A stretch of 64,000 nt of DNA from an uncultured candidate division Zixibacteria bacterium (GTDB taxonomy: Bacteria; Zixibacteria; MSB-5A5; GN15; FEB-12). Within the stretch, counting starts at the first letter, position 1; each line of letters starts with the position of its first letter. The stretch is from contig CAWDXE010000001.1 of the NCBI GenBank assembly GCA_963806185.1, positions 384,001-448,000 of the forward strand. The letters are read 5' to 3'. The notes below the pieces were generated by a model. That model saw only the letters and a program-made list of their open reading frames with translations, was not told where the DNA came from and ran no database searches. A program made the translations under genes and the position numbers. Below, piece by piece: positions 19,229 through 28,324 of the stretch.

Positions 19229-21999
19229 TTTGCGGTCAGTTTGCCTGCTGTCACCGCCACATAGGCATCGGTACGGAAATAGGTCTCAACGACGCGCCGC
19301 ACGTCGGCCACAGTCACCGCCGACAGCTTCGCCGGTAACTGGCGATCGTACCCGATTGGCCGTCCCAAGTACTCGTCGACCGCCATATAGTAGGCCTGAT
19401 TTACGCGCGACAACTTCGCGCTCGCCAACCTTCCCCACACCTGATTGCGGGCCGTGGTCAATTCATCTATCGCCGGCCCCTCTTCCCGAAGGCGATCGGT
19501 TTGGAACAACAGGCCGTCAAACGCCTTTTGATAGTTGGCCGCCCCCGTCCCCATCGAGCTGTAATACCAGCCAAACGACTGATCAAACGACACCCCACTT
19601 CCAACCGAATACGCCAACCCATCCTTTTCGCGAAGCGTCGACCAGAGCCGATTGGAGAGTATCGTCGCCCCCAGCCAGAGCGGCACGGCATCGGCGTGTG
19701 CCGCCCCCGGCGCCACGCCGCCGAGATAGATATTGATCTGCTCCTTGTTGAGCTCGGTATGATCGGACTTGACTGTGTTCGGCGCGCCTGGTGGCTGAGG
19801 TACAGCATACGCATCGTTCGATTTCGCCAGGGTCCCAAACTGCTCACGAATCAACTTCATCGTCGTGGCTGTGTCCAGACTTGTGCTCACCGCAAGGATC
19901 ATATTCTCCGGGGCGTAGAAATGCCGGTGATGTGCGCGCAGATCGTCAATCGTAATGCTGCCAATTGACTGTGCCGTCCCCATGATCGGGCGAGCATAGG
20001 CTGATGAATCAAAAAGTGTCTTGTAATACAGGTCGCGCGCGACTGCCGACGGCGACGTACTTTCCCGACCGATCACGCTCATCATCCCCTTGCGAACTTC
20101 CTCGACCGCCGCCGAATCAAATCTCGGATTGGTTATCATATCAGCCACGAGGGCTATCCCTTGAGGTGCAAGTTTGTCAATCGTCTCCAGTTTCACAAAC
20201 GAAAACTGCCGCGTGGTGTATTGATCATCGTAGGGAATCCAGGGGTTGTCATACAGGGTCAGATTGCCCCCGATCTTGGCCAGCTCGCGCGATAAATCCG
20301 CCGCCGATCGGGTCGTCGTCCCCTTCTCCAGACACCGATTCACGAAGTCAGTGATTCCCCCTTTGTCCGCCGGTTCGTTGGCCGTTCGATTCCTTCCGAG
20401 AATAGCGAGTCCGAATACTTTGCTGAACGGCGACTGTTTGATGAGCACCGTAAGCCCATTCGGCAACTGCGTACGAGAGTACACGGCGTTGTCGGTAGAT
20501 TTGAGAGGAACATCTTCGATTTTCGGATAATCAAGCTTTACCCGCACAGACTTCTCTTCAGGCCGAAATTCCGCGGTCGCGAAGTAGCCGGTAACTTCCT
20601 CAGTCGTCAGTCCTGCCGGGATGTAAAGCGCCTCCGATGAATCGACTGGCGGGCGAACGGTTGTCACGATGTAATTGGGATTATCAAACCAGACCCTTGC
20701 CGCCTCTTTACAATCCGCCCAGTCTATCTCACCAAGCATCGACGGATACTGCTCAATGAAATCCCACCCCTGAGTCATCAACGGCGAAGCGATCATAAAC
20801 CCGTAGTAGTGCAGTTTATCGGAGTTGAAAATATCTTCGCAGAGCACGCTCGTCTTGATCCCCTCCAGTGCACTCTGGTCGGCGGCAACCGTCGAAAGCG
20901 ATTTCATCACGCCGACGACTGTAGTGACGATTGAGTCGCGAAGCTCCGGCCGGTCGGTCACGACGTTGATATCCAGCCGACTCAACTCCGGATAGGTGTT
21001 GAGCGACACACCTACCTCGGTCGCCAACGGAAAGACCCCATTGACAAGCGCCTTTTTCAGCGGGGATATCTCATCAAGGGTCAGATACCTCGCCAGCATG
21101 TCTACCGGCAGATAATACTGCGTCTTGTAGTGCGGCGCCGGGAATGAAAAATTGATATAGGTGGAGCTTACATTGGCCACCGTGTCGAACCGGTTCGCTC
21201 CGTTGACCGGCGGAATCATCTTGCCCGCTTCTCTTGTCGGCAATGTCCCCTTCGGCGCCTTGCCGTAAATTTGCCTGACCAGCTTGGTCATATCTTTCGT
21301 GGCGAAATCACCGATCACCAGCAGAGTCATGTTGTTCGGGAGATAATACTTTCGCCAATACGTCATGATGGCTTCGCGCGGAATATTCTCGATAAATGCC
21401 TTGTACCCCAGAACCGGGCGGTCGTACTCTGTGTTGGCATATGCCTTGTCAGTGAAGAACTCCTCGGCCGGAGCACCAGGTGCATCGGCGTCACGATTGA
21501 TTTCTTCTATGACCACTTTTCGTTCCTTCGCCAATTCGGTCTCGGGAACAGTGGAATTGAAAACCATGTCCGTCTGCGTCGTCATCGCCATATCGGCAAA
21601 TTGACTAGGCACGAGTACCAGGTAGGCGGTGAGGTCTTTCTGGGTAAAGGCGTTGATGTATCCGCCCACGTCACGAATCGACTTGTCGATCTCCTCGCGT
21701 GAACGGTACACCGTGCCGTCAAACAGCAGGTGCTCCAACAAGTGCGTTATGCCATTCTCATACTTCGCCTCGAATTTGCTCCCCGACCGGACAAACAGAA
21801 TTGCCGCCGTTAGACCGGACCCCGGTTGCGGCTTGAGGATTACCTGCATCCCGTTGTCGAGCTGGAGCGTAGATGGTTTCTCTTCGGCGAAGGAGATCCC
21901 AGTGACAGTGAGTGCAAGAATGGTGACAATGAGCCACAGACGGCAAGACGTCATCTGTTTTTCAAGTCGATTGGTGACCGAGTCCGACCGAAGATTCAT
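19225..21999 (-). CDS. Single-chain (fused) M16 zinc peptidase, secreted
   Basis: Signal peptide, HLLEH in the N-half, second inactive M16 half (LPNG, LRE.DGLAY); AGGAG RBS. Confidence 0.9.
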   Translation of the reverse strand: MNLRSDSVTNRLEKQMTSCRLWLIVTILALTVTGISFAEEKPSTLQLDNGMQVILKPQPGSGLTAAILFVRSGSKFEAKYENGITHLLEHLLFDGTVYRSREEIDKSIRDVGGYINAFTQKDLTAYLVLVPSQFADMAMTTQTDMVFNSTVPETELAKERKVVIEEINRDADAPGAPAEEFFTDKAYANTEYDRPVLGYKAFIENIPREAIMTYWRKYYLPNNMTLLVIGDFATKDMTKLVRQIYGKAPKGTLPTREAGKMIPPVNGANRFDTVANVSSTYINFSFPAPHYKTQYYLPVDMLARYLTLDEISPLKKALVNGVFPLATEVGVSLNTYPELSRLDINVVTDRPELRDSIVTTVVGVMKSLSTVAADQSALEGIKTSVLCEDIFNSDKLHYYGFMIASPLMTQGWDFIEQYPSMLGEIDWADCKEAARVWFDNPNYIVTTVRPPVDSSEALYIPAGLTTEEVTGYFATAEFRPEEKSVRVKLDYPKIEDVPLKSTDNAVYSRTQLPNGLTVLIKQSPFSKVFGLAILGRNRTANEPADKGGITDFVNRCLEKGTTTRSAADLSRELAKIGGNLTLYDNPWIPYDDQYTTRQFSFVKLETIDKLAPQGIALVADMITNPRFDSAAVEEVRKGMMSVIGRESTSPSAVARDLYYKTLFDSSAYARPIMGTAQSIGSITIDDLRAHHRHFYAPENMILAVSTSLDTATTMKLIREQFGTLAKSNDAYAVPQPPGAPNTVKSDHTELNKEQINIYLGGVAPGAAHADAVPLWLGATILSNRLWSTLREKDGLAYSVGSGVSFDQSFGWYYSSMGTGAANYQKAFDGLLFQTDRLREEGPAIDELTTARNQVWGRLASAKLSRVNQAYYMAVDEYLGRPIGYDRQLPAKLSAVTVADVRRVVETYFRTDAYVAVTAGKLTAK

Positions 22000-22083
22000 A
22001 GACTATCTCCTGTTTTTGCAATAGGTTAACGTAATATCTGCCGATATACAAATCAAGTTGTTCAGTATTCTGATGATTGACTA

Positions 22084-22548
22084 ATGACGACGAGCATGTA
22101 TATTGGTCGGATTATGATCCTGCGCCATCTCTGGACATTCACTTTGGCTTCGATCCGTATGGTACTGGTCGGGGCGGTCGTGTTGGCGGTCGGACTGTCA
22201 GGTGCCACGGCGGCACATCGAATCTATTTCGAAACTGCCAGGGCACAAGCCGCCATTGCCGCCGAGCAGGCCAAACTTGTGCCACAGCCAAGTGAAACCG
22301 CCGCACAGGGAACGATGGCCAAAGGCTCCGGCCCTTCGTCGGAACAGGCGGCCTTCAGCACCCCGGTCGGCGTTGGCCCCGAAAGGGACACCCGCGTCCG
22401 CGGCACACTGCCGGTCTCGTCCGACTCCTACTCAGCAGTCATCATTCAATCCGAATATACTCCCCCGCTTAACTCCTCCGGCATGGTCTCGTCGCGTCTG
22501 GCAGAGCAGTTCACGCTGCTCGGCGCCAAGCCGTCCGGCACCATGTAA
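22084..22548 (+). CDS. Membrane-anchored or secreted low-complexity protein upstream of secDF (candidate leader/arrest peptide)
   Basis: Hydrophobic VLVGAVVLAVGLSGATAA segment, Ala/Ser/Pro-rich linker; co-oriented and ending 87 nt before secD; start uncertain. Confidence 0.6.
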   Translation: MTTSMYIGRIMILRHLWTFTLASIRMVLVGAVVLAVGLSGATAAHRIYFETARAQAAIAAEQAKLVPQPSETAAQGTMAKGSGPSSEQAAFSTPVGVGPERDTRVRGTLPVSSDSYSAVIIQSEYTPPLNSSGMVSSRLAEQFTLLGAKPSGTM

Positions 22549-22635
22549 TCTGTCTCACCGCGCCGACGCATCGGCGCCCGACGATTGAATTGCAGTGAAT
22601 TCTAACGTTTAACTTTTTCTCTGAAAGGGTATGCC

Positions 22636-24366
22636 ATGTCCAGCCAAAAATGGCGCCTTGGCCTGACTATCGTCATGGTCGTCGTGGCGCTCCTGGCGTT
22701 CTGGAACACCTTCAAACTGTGGACCATGGACGACACAGCCAAGCAGCAGCTTCAGGAGCGTGATCCTGGGGAATTGCTGAAACTGCAGCAACGAGCCATC
22801 CGCTTGGGACTTGATCTCCAGGGCGGCATTCACGTTGTCCTGCGAGTCAAAACCGAAGAACTCGGGCCGAGCGAGCGCGACGGCGCCACCGACCGCGCGA
22901 TTCAGATCATTCGCAATCGTATCGACGGGCTTGGCGTCGCCGAACCGCAGATCGTGAAGCAGGGCGATGACCGTATCGTGATCGACCTCCCCGGCTACAC
23001 CGACGCGAATCGCGCCGAAGACCTCATCGGGCAGACCGCCCAGTTGAAATTCAAGCTGTTTGAAACCTACGAAAATGCTTCGCTGCTTCTGGCCCGGATG
23101 GACACTGCCGCTTCACAATCGCTGCGGGGCAAATCCTCGGACTCGTCTACCGCAGCACCGGCCAAACCGGCTACTACATCCGCCTCCGCCGACAGCGCCA
23201 AGAAGGCCGAGGATGTCCTTGCTCAGTTGATGGGTGATACGTCCAAAGCCCACAAAGACTCTGCCGGAAAATATGACTTCGATGAAACCAGCGGCTCGAC
23301 TGTCGACGAAAATCCTTTCACCAGCCGCATGCAGGTATCGCTTTATGCTCAACGGACCAACATGAATTGGCCCGGCTGGGAAGTGAATGCGAAAGATCGC
23401 CCGCTTCTGGAGCGCTGGTTGGAATTGCCCGAAGTCAAACGGCTGATCCCGGCCGATGTTCAATTTTGCTGGTCGACCCGGAAGGAAATTCGGCAGGCGC
23501 GCGAAGTATACGATCTCTACTTGCTGAAACGGAAAGAGGAATTCCCCGGCAAGGCACTTGAAGGGATCGCTCTCGGCAAAGGACAAATGAACGAATTCTC
23601 CGTCGACTTCCAGCTCAGCGGTGACTTTGCCGCCCGCTTTGCCCAGTTGACCGGCGCCAACATCGACCGGCCGCTCGCGATCGTCATCGACGATGAAGTC
23701 GAATCGGCCGCTTTTATCCACTCTAAAATCCGCAACCGCGGTCAGATCACGATGGGTTCGTCAGCCTCCATCGACGACGCCCGCAATCTGGAAATCGTGC
23801 TGAAAGCCGGCGCCCTCCCGGCTCCGGTGGAGATCATCGAAAAGAACGTCGTCGGAGCGACGCTCGGAGAGGACTCCATCAAGAAAGGCCTCCTGTCGTC
23901 TACGGTCGGGTTGTTGTTGGTCTTGCTGTACATCGGATTCTACTACCGGGTATCGGGTCTGATTGCGGACATCGGTCTGATGTTCAACCTCTTCTTCCTC
24001 CTGGCCATCCTGGCGGGATTGGGAGCAACACTCACCATGCCGGGCATCGCCGGTATTATTCTAACCATTGGTATATCCGTAGACTCAAACGTTCTGATTT
24101 TCGAACGCATTCGTGAGGAATTGCGCACCGGCAAGACGGTCCGAAAAGCCATTGATGCCGGGTACGAGCGGGCGTTTGTGACCATCCTGGATTCACACGT
24201 GACTACGCTTATCACGGCGGGCGTACTGTTCCTGTTCGGCTCTGGCCCGGTCCGCGGTTTTGCCGTCACGTTGTTCTGGGGTGTTACGATCTCCCTGTAC
24301 ACCGCGTATGTCGTCACTAAGGCGATATTCGATATTCGCCGTGCGTATGCGCGCATCAGTATCTGA
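22636..24366 (+). CDS. secD: Protein translocase subunit SecD
   Basis: LGLDLQGG, RIDGLGVAEP, LKAGALPAP, TMPGIAGIIL, VDSNVLIFERIREE. Confidence 0.96.
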   Translation: MSSQKWRLGLTIVMVVVALLAFWNTFKLWTMDDTAKQQLQERDPGELLKLQQRAIRLGLDLQGGIHVVLRVKTEELGPSERDGATDRAIQIIRNRIDGLGVAEPQIVKQGDDRIVIDLPGYTDANRAEDLIGQTAQLKFKLFETYENASLLLARMDTAASQSLRGKSSDSSTAAPAKPATTSASADSAKKAEDVLAQLMGDTSKAHKDSAGKYDFDETSGSTVDENPFTSRMQVSLYAQRTNMNWPGWEVNAKDRPLLERWLELPEVKRLIPADVQFCWSTRKEIRQAREVYDLYLLKRKEEFPGKALEGIALGKGQMNEFSVDFQLSGDFAARFAQLTGANIDRPLAIVIDDEVESAAFIHSKIRNRGQITMGSSASIDDARNLEIVLKAGALPAPVEIIEKNVVGATLGEDSIKKGLLSSTVGLLLVLLYIGFYYRVSGLIADIGLMFNLFFLLAILAGLGATLTMPGIAGIILTIGISVDSNVLIFERIREELRTGKTVRKAIDAGYERAFVTILDSHVTTLITAGVLFLFGSGPVRGFAVTLFWGVTISLYTAYVVTKAIFDIRRAYARISI

Positions 24367-24380
24367 CAGAAAGGTATGCC

Positions 24381-25307
24381 ATGATTAAACTAATAGGTGA
24401 AACTAACATTGACTTCATTGGGCTGCGAAAGTACGCCTTCATGTTCTCGGGGGCTCTTGCCGTTCTCGGCATTGTGGCCTTCCTGATGGTCTTCCTCGGC
24501 AAAGCCAACATGGGCATTGATTTCGCCGGCGGCGTCATGGTCCAGGGCCACTTTGCCAGCCCGGTCAGTATTGGCCAGGTCCGCGACGCCGTCACCAGCG
24601 AATTCGCGGACGCACAGATCAATCAGGTCGAGGATTTCCAGGTCCCGAATACATTCATCATCAAGACCAAGCGCCCGGCGAACGAGGCCGAGGGCCGGCA
24701 GCGCCTGACCCAGATCACCGACCTGCTAAAGACGAAATTCCCGGGGAATGCTTTCACGATTGTCTCGGAACACGTGATCGGACCGGCTGTCGGTGAGAGC
24801 TTGCGAAAGGATGCCCGACTTGCCGTGATCATCTCGGTTCTGGGCATTCTTGGCTATATCGCCTTGCGTTTTGACTTCCGCTCCGGAGTGGCGGCAACGG
24901 TAGCGACATTTCACGATGTACTCGCCGTCTGGGGTGTCTTGTGGCTTTTCGGCCTGGAATTCGACACGCTGGTCGTCGTCGCTTTGCTCACCCTCGCCGG
25001 ATACTCGCTCACCGATACGGTCGTAGTCTATGATCGTATCCGCGAAAACCTCCGAAAGGTCCGCGCCAAAGGCGAATTCGTGAATACGGTCAATCGATCG
25101 ATCAACGAAACGCTGTCGCGTACGATCAATACCTCGATGACAGTCATGATCGTGGTGGTGATTCTTTTCCTGTTTGGCGGCGAAGTTCTGCGGAGCTTCT
25201 CGCTGTCAATGATCCTCGGCGTCATCGTCGGCACCTACAGCTCGATTTTTGTCGCCAGTCCGATTATCGTCGAGTGGGAAGCGCGTTCGCCGCACAGATT
25301 CAAATGA
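24381..25307 (+). CDS. secF: Protein translocase subunit SecF
   Basis: GIDFAGG, IGPAVG, HD, GYSLTDTVVVYDRIRE, GTYSSIFVA. Confidence 0.96.
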   Translation: MIKLIGETNIDFIGLRKYAFMFSGALAVLGIVAFLMVFLGKANMGIDFAGGVMVQGHFASPVSIGQVRDAVTSEFADAQINQVEDFQVPNTFIIKTKRPANEAEGRQRLTQITDLLKTKFPGNAFTIVSEHVIGPAVGESLRKDARLAVIISVLGILGYIALRFDFRSGVAATVATFHDVLAVWGVLWLFGLEFDTLVVVALLTLAGYSLTDTVVVYDRIRENLRKVRAKGEFVNTVNRSINETLSRTINTSMTVMIVVVILFLFGGEVLRSFSLSMILGVIVGTYSSIFVASPIIVEWEARSPHRFK

Positions 25308-25332
25308 CCTCTTGATTTCGTTTTCCATGAAC

Positions 25333-25366
25333 GAGCCGTCCGATTTACCGGGCGGCTTTTTCTTTT
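25333..25366 (+). terminator. Rho-independent terminator
   Basis: GAGCCGTCC...GGGCGGCTT followed by TTTCTTTT. Confidence 0.8.
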
Positions 25367-25448
25367 GCCCTATTCCGTCTGAATCGTTGACAGCACGATT
25401 CCACTGTGTTTATTGCGGGCAAGAGCAGACTGTTCTGCGAGTGTTAAT

Positions 25449-26792
25449 ATGGATGTAGTCACTCTCTCCCGGCTTCAGTTCGCCATCACCATTGGTTTCC
25501 ATTACCTGTTTCCGCCACTCAGCATTGGGCTGGGTCTCCTGCTGGTCATAATGGAAGGGATGTACCTCCGCACGCGAAACGAGCTGTACCACCGTCTGAC
25601 CAGGTTCTGGGTTCGCATCTTCGGTCTTATCTTTGCCCTCGGCGTAGCCACCGGCATCGTCATGGAATTCCAGTTCGGCACAAACTGGTCCACCTACTCG
25701 CGCTACGTCGGCGACGTCTTCGGCAGCGCGCTCGCCGCCGAAGGAGTGTTTGCCTTCTTTCTGGAATCAGGCTTTCTCGCCATACTTCTGTTCGGCTGGA
25801 ATAAGGTCGGCCCGCGTATGCACTTCTTTTCAACCATCATGGTCTGTCTGGGAGCTCACTTCTCAGCCATCTGGATCGTCGTAGCCAACTCCTGGCAGCA
25901 GACGCCGGCCGGTTTTCATATCGTAGAACACCTGGGGGGCTCCCGGGCTGAGATCACTGATTTCTGGCAAATGGTCCTTAACCCGTCGTCGGTGGATCGC
26001 GTCTGGCACGTCTATATGGCCGCCTGGCAGGCGGGAGCATTTCTGGTTCTTTCGGTCAGCGCCTGGTATTTAATCAAACACAAGTATCAGGATTTCGCCC
26101 GTGCCTCGCTCAAAATTGGACTCATCGCGGCCGTAGTCGCTTCATTGCTGCAACTAGTGAGCGGGCATTCCAGCGCCAATAATGTAGCTGAGTACCAACC
26201 GGCCAAGCTGGCCGCCTTCGAAGGACATTACGCTCCCCACTCCCCTGCCGACGCCTACTTGTTCGGTTGGGTCGACGAGGAAACTCAGACGGTCACGGGC
26301 GTCAGGATCCCCGGCCTTCTTAGTTACCTGATATCCGACGACTTCAACACTCCTGTCACCGGGCTGAAGGCGTTTCCATATGATGTCTGGCCGCCCGTGA
26401 ACTTGACCTTCCAATCGTACCATGCGATGGTCGCCATAGGCTTCATTTTGATCGGCGTCTCTATGCTCGGTGTTCTGCTCTGGTGGCGAAAGAAGGTTTT
26501 TGCCAGCCGCTGGTACCACTGGATCCTTGTCTTTTCAGTGCTGGGTCCCCAGGCGGCCAACCAGCTGGGGTGGATGACCGCTGAAGTCGGTCGACAACCG
26601 TGGGTTGTCTACGGCCTCTTGCGCACCGAAAGCAGTGTGTCGCCCTCGGTGACCGCGGGTGAAGTGATTACGTCAGTCGTGATGTTTGGAATCATCTACC
26701 TGTTGCTGGGAGCATTATTCGTTTATCTGCTGAACGATAAAATCCAACACGGCCCCGGTGAACTCTCCACCGAGGGAGGTCAGCGAGCCTAG
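25449..26792 (+). CDS. cydA: Cytochrome bd ubiquinol oxidase subunit I
   Basis: LSRLQFA...[30 protein letters not shown]. Confidence 0.96.
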   Translation: MDVVTLSRLQFAITIGFHYLFPPLSIGLGLLLVIMEGMYLRTRNELYHRLTRFWVRIFGLIFALGVATGIVMEFQFGTNWSTYSRYVGDVFGSALAAEGVFAFFLESGFLAILLFGWNKVGPRMHFFSTIMVCLGAHFSAIWIVVANSWQQTPAGFHIVEHLGGSRAEITDFWQMVLNPSSVDRVWHVYMAAWQAGAFLVLSVSAWYLIKHKYQDFARASLKIGLIAAVVASLLQLVSGHSSANNVAEYQPAKLAAFEGHYAPHSPADAYLFGWVDEETQTVTGVRIPGLLSYLISDDFNTPVTGLKAFPYDVWPPVNLTFQSYHAMVAIGFILIGVSMLGVLLWWRKKVFASRWYHWILVFSVLGPQAANQLGWMTAEVGRQPWVVYGLLRTESSVSPSVTAGEVITSVVMFGIIYLLLGALFVYLLNDKIQHGPGELSTEGGQRA

Positions 26793-26793
26793 T

Positions 26794-27810
26794 ATGGACC
26801 TGAATACCGTCTGGTTCATTCTCGTCGGCGGTCTGCTCGCCGGGTATGCCATCCTCGACGGCTTCGACCTCGGCGTCGGCGCCCTGCACTTGTTCACGAA
26901 TACTGACGCCGACCGACGCCTGATGATCAACACCATCGGCCCGGTCTGGGATGGCAACGAGGTCTGGCTGGTCACCGGCGGCGGCGCCCTCTTTGCCGCC
27001 TTCCCGGAAGTGTACGCGACCGCCTTCTCCGGTTTCTATCTCGCCTTCATGTTGCTGCTCTTTGCCTTGATCTTCCGGGCCGTCGCCATTGAATTCCGCA
27101 GCAAGCAGGAGCAACGCTGGTGGCGGCAATTGTGGGATGTGTCATTCTCAGCCTCGAGCATAGTCTCGGCCCTGCTGATCGGCATTGCCCTGGGCAATAT
27201 CGCCTGGGGTATTCCGCTCGACACCCGGCACGAATATGCCGGAACGTTCCTGAGTCTCATCCACCCCTATTCGATTTTGCTGGGCATCACCACCGTCGCG
27301 CTGTTCATGATGCACGGCGCCATTTACGTCGTACTCAAGACCGAGGGCGACATGCATGACCGTGCTCGCATGTGGGTTCGCAACGGGATCATCTTCTTCA
27401 TTATCTGTTACGCCGCCACCACCATGTTCACTCTCCTCTACGTCCCGCACATGACCGAGTATATCAAGGCGCACCCAATGCTCTTCGTCATTCCGCTGCT
27501 CAACATTCTCGTGATCGCCAACATCCCGCGCGAAATACATCACGGCCGCGATTTTCTGGCTTTCCTCTCCTCTTGCGTGGCGATGCTCCTCCTCCTGGTG
27601 CTGTTCGGCATCGGGATGTTCCCCTATCTTATCTACTCCGTGCCCGATCCGAACAACAGTCTGACCATCTACAACGGTGCGTCCTCGGCGGCCACCCTGC
27701 GCATTATGCTCTGGATAGCGGCACTGGGCTTGCCGTTGGTGCTGTCCTATACCATCAGCATTTACTGGATATTTCGGGGAAAAGTGAAAATCGAGTCAAC
27801 CAGCTACTGA
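26794..27810 (+). CDS. cydB: Cytochrome bd ubiquinol oxidase subunit II
   Basis: LDGFDLGVG, GPVWDGNEVWL, AAFP, R.VAIEFR. Confidence 0.96.
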   Translation: MDLNTVWFILVGGLLAGYAILDGFDLGVGALHLFTNTDADRRLMINTIGPVWDGNEVWLVTGGGALFAAFPEVYATAFSGFYLAFMLLLFALIFRAVAIEFRSKQEQRWWRQLWDVSFSASSIVSALLIGIALGNIAWGIPLDTRHEYAGTFLSLIHPYSILLGITTVALFMMHGAIYVVLKTEGDMHDRARMWVRNGIIFFIICYAATTMFTLLYVPHMTEYIKAHPMLFVIPLLNILVIANIPREIHHGRDFLAFLSSCVAMLLLLVLFGIGMFPYLIYSVPDPNNSLTIYNGASSAATLRIMLWIAALGLPLVLSYTISIYWIFRGKVKIESTSY

Positions 27811-27822
27811 GGCCGGTGTCGT

Positions 27823-28149
27823 TCAGACGCGCGGCCGCCAGAGATACTTCTTGAGGTCGATCTGACCCTCGGCCCCGACGATCACTTTCTCGCGCCTGAG
27901 CAGTTCTCTCTGCAGCTCAAATCCGCCACCCGGAGGTAAGGCAATCCGGCCCAGCCGATTGATGATTCGATGCCACGGCAGCCGTTCCGTGCGGGACTTG
28001 GTGTTGAGCAGCCGGACCACCTGGCGCGCGCCTCGAGGACTCCCCGCCATGGCGGCAATCTGCCCGTACGTGGCTACCTTTCCTCGCGGTATCTTCTTGA
28101 TAATCCGCACCGCCTCATCGGTGAATGAGTCGCCTGAGCCTGTCTGCAT
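27823..28149 (-). CDS. Alkyltransferase-like (ATL/YbaZ) DNA-binding repair protein
   Basis: IPRGKVATYGQIA, ARQV, PWHR (Trp at the catalytic Cys position of MGMT). Confidence 0.88.
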   Translation of the reverse strand: MQTGSGDSFTDEAVRIIKKIPRGKVATYGQIAAMAGSPRGARQVVRLLNTKSRTERLPWHRIINRLGRIALPPGGGFELQRELLRREKVIVGAEGQIDLKKYLWRPRV

Positions 28150-28324
28150 ACCTGCTATACAAACGCGAAATCGCAAAAAAGGCAAGCCTGTAAAAGAACC
28201 TGACGACCGGGGTCATGGTTGTGTATCTTACAGATCGACTTAGTGTGAATTCGAACCTTTTTTCGGGCAGACTGTACACCGTGCCGGTGCCCGCAGATTG
28301 AGGCTGACGAGACAACCTGGAAAT

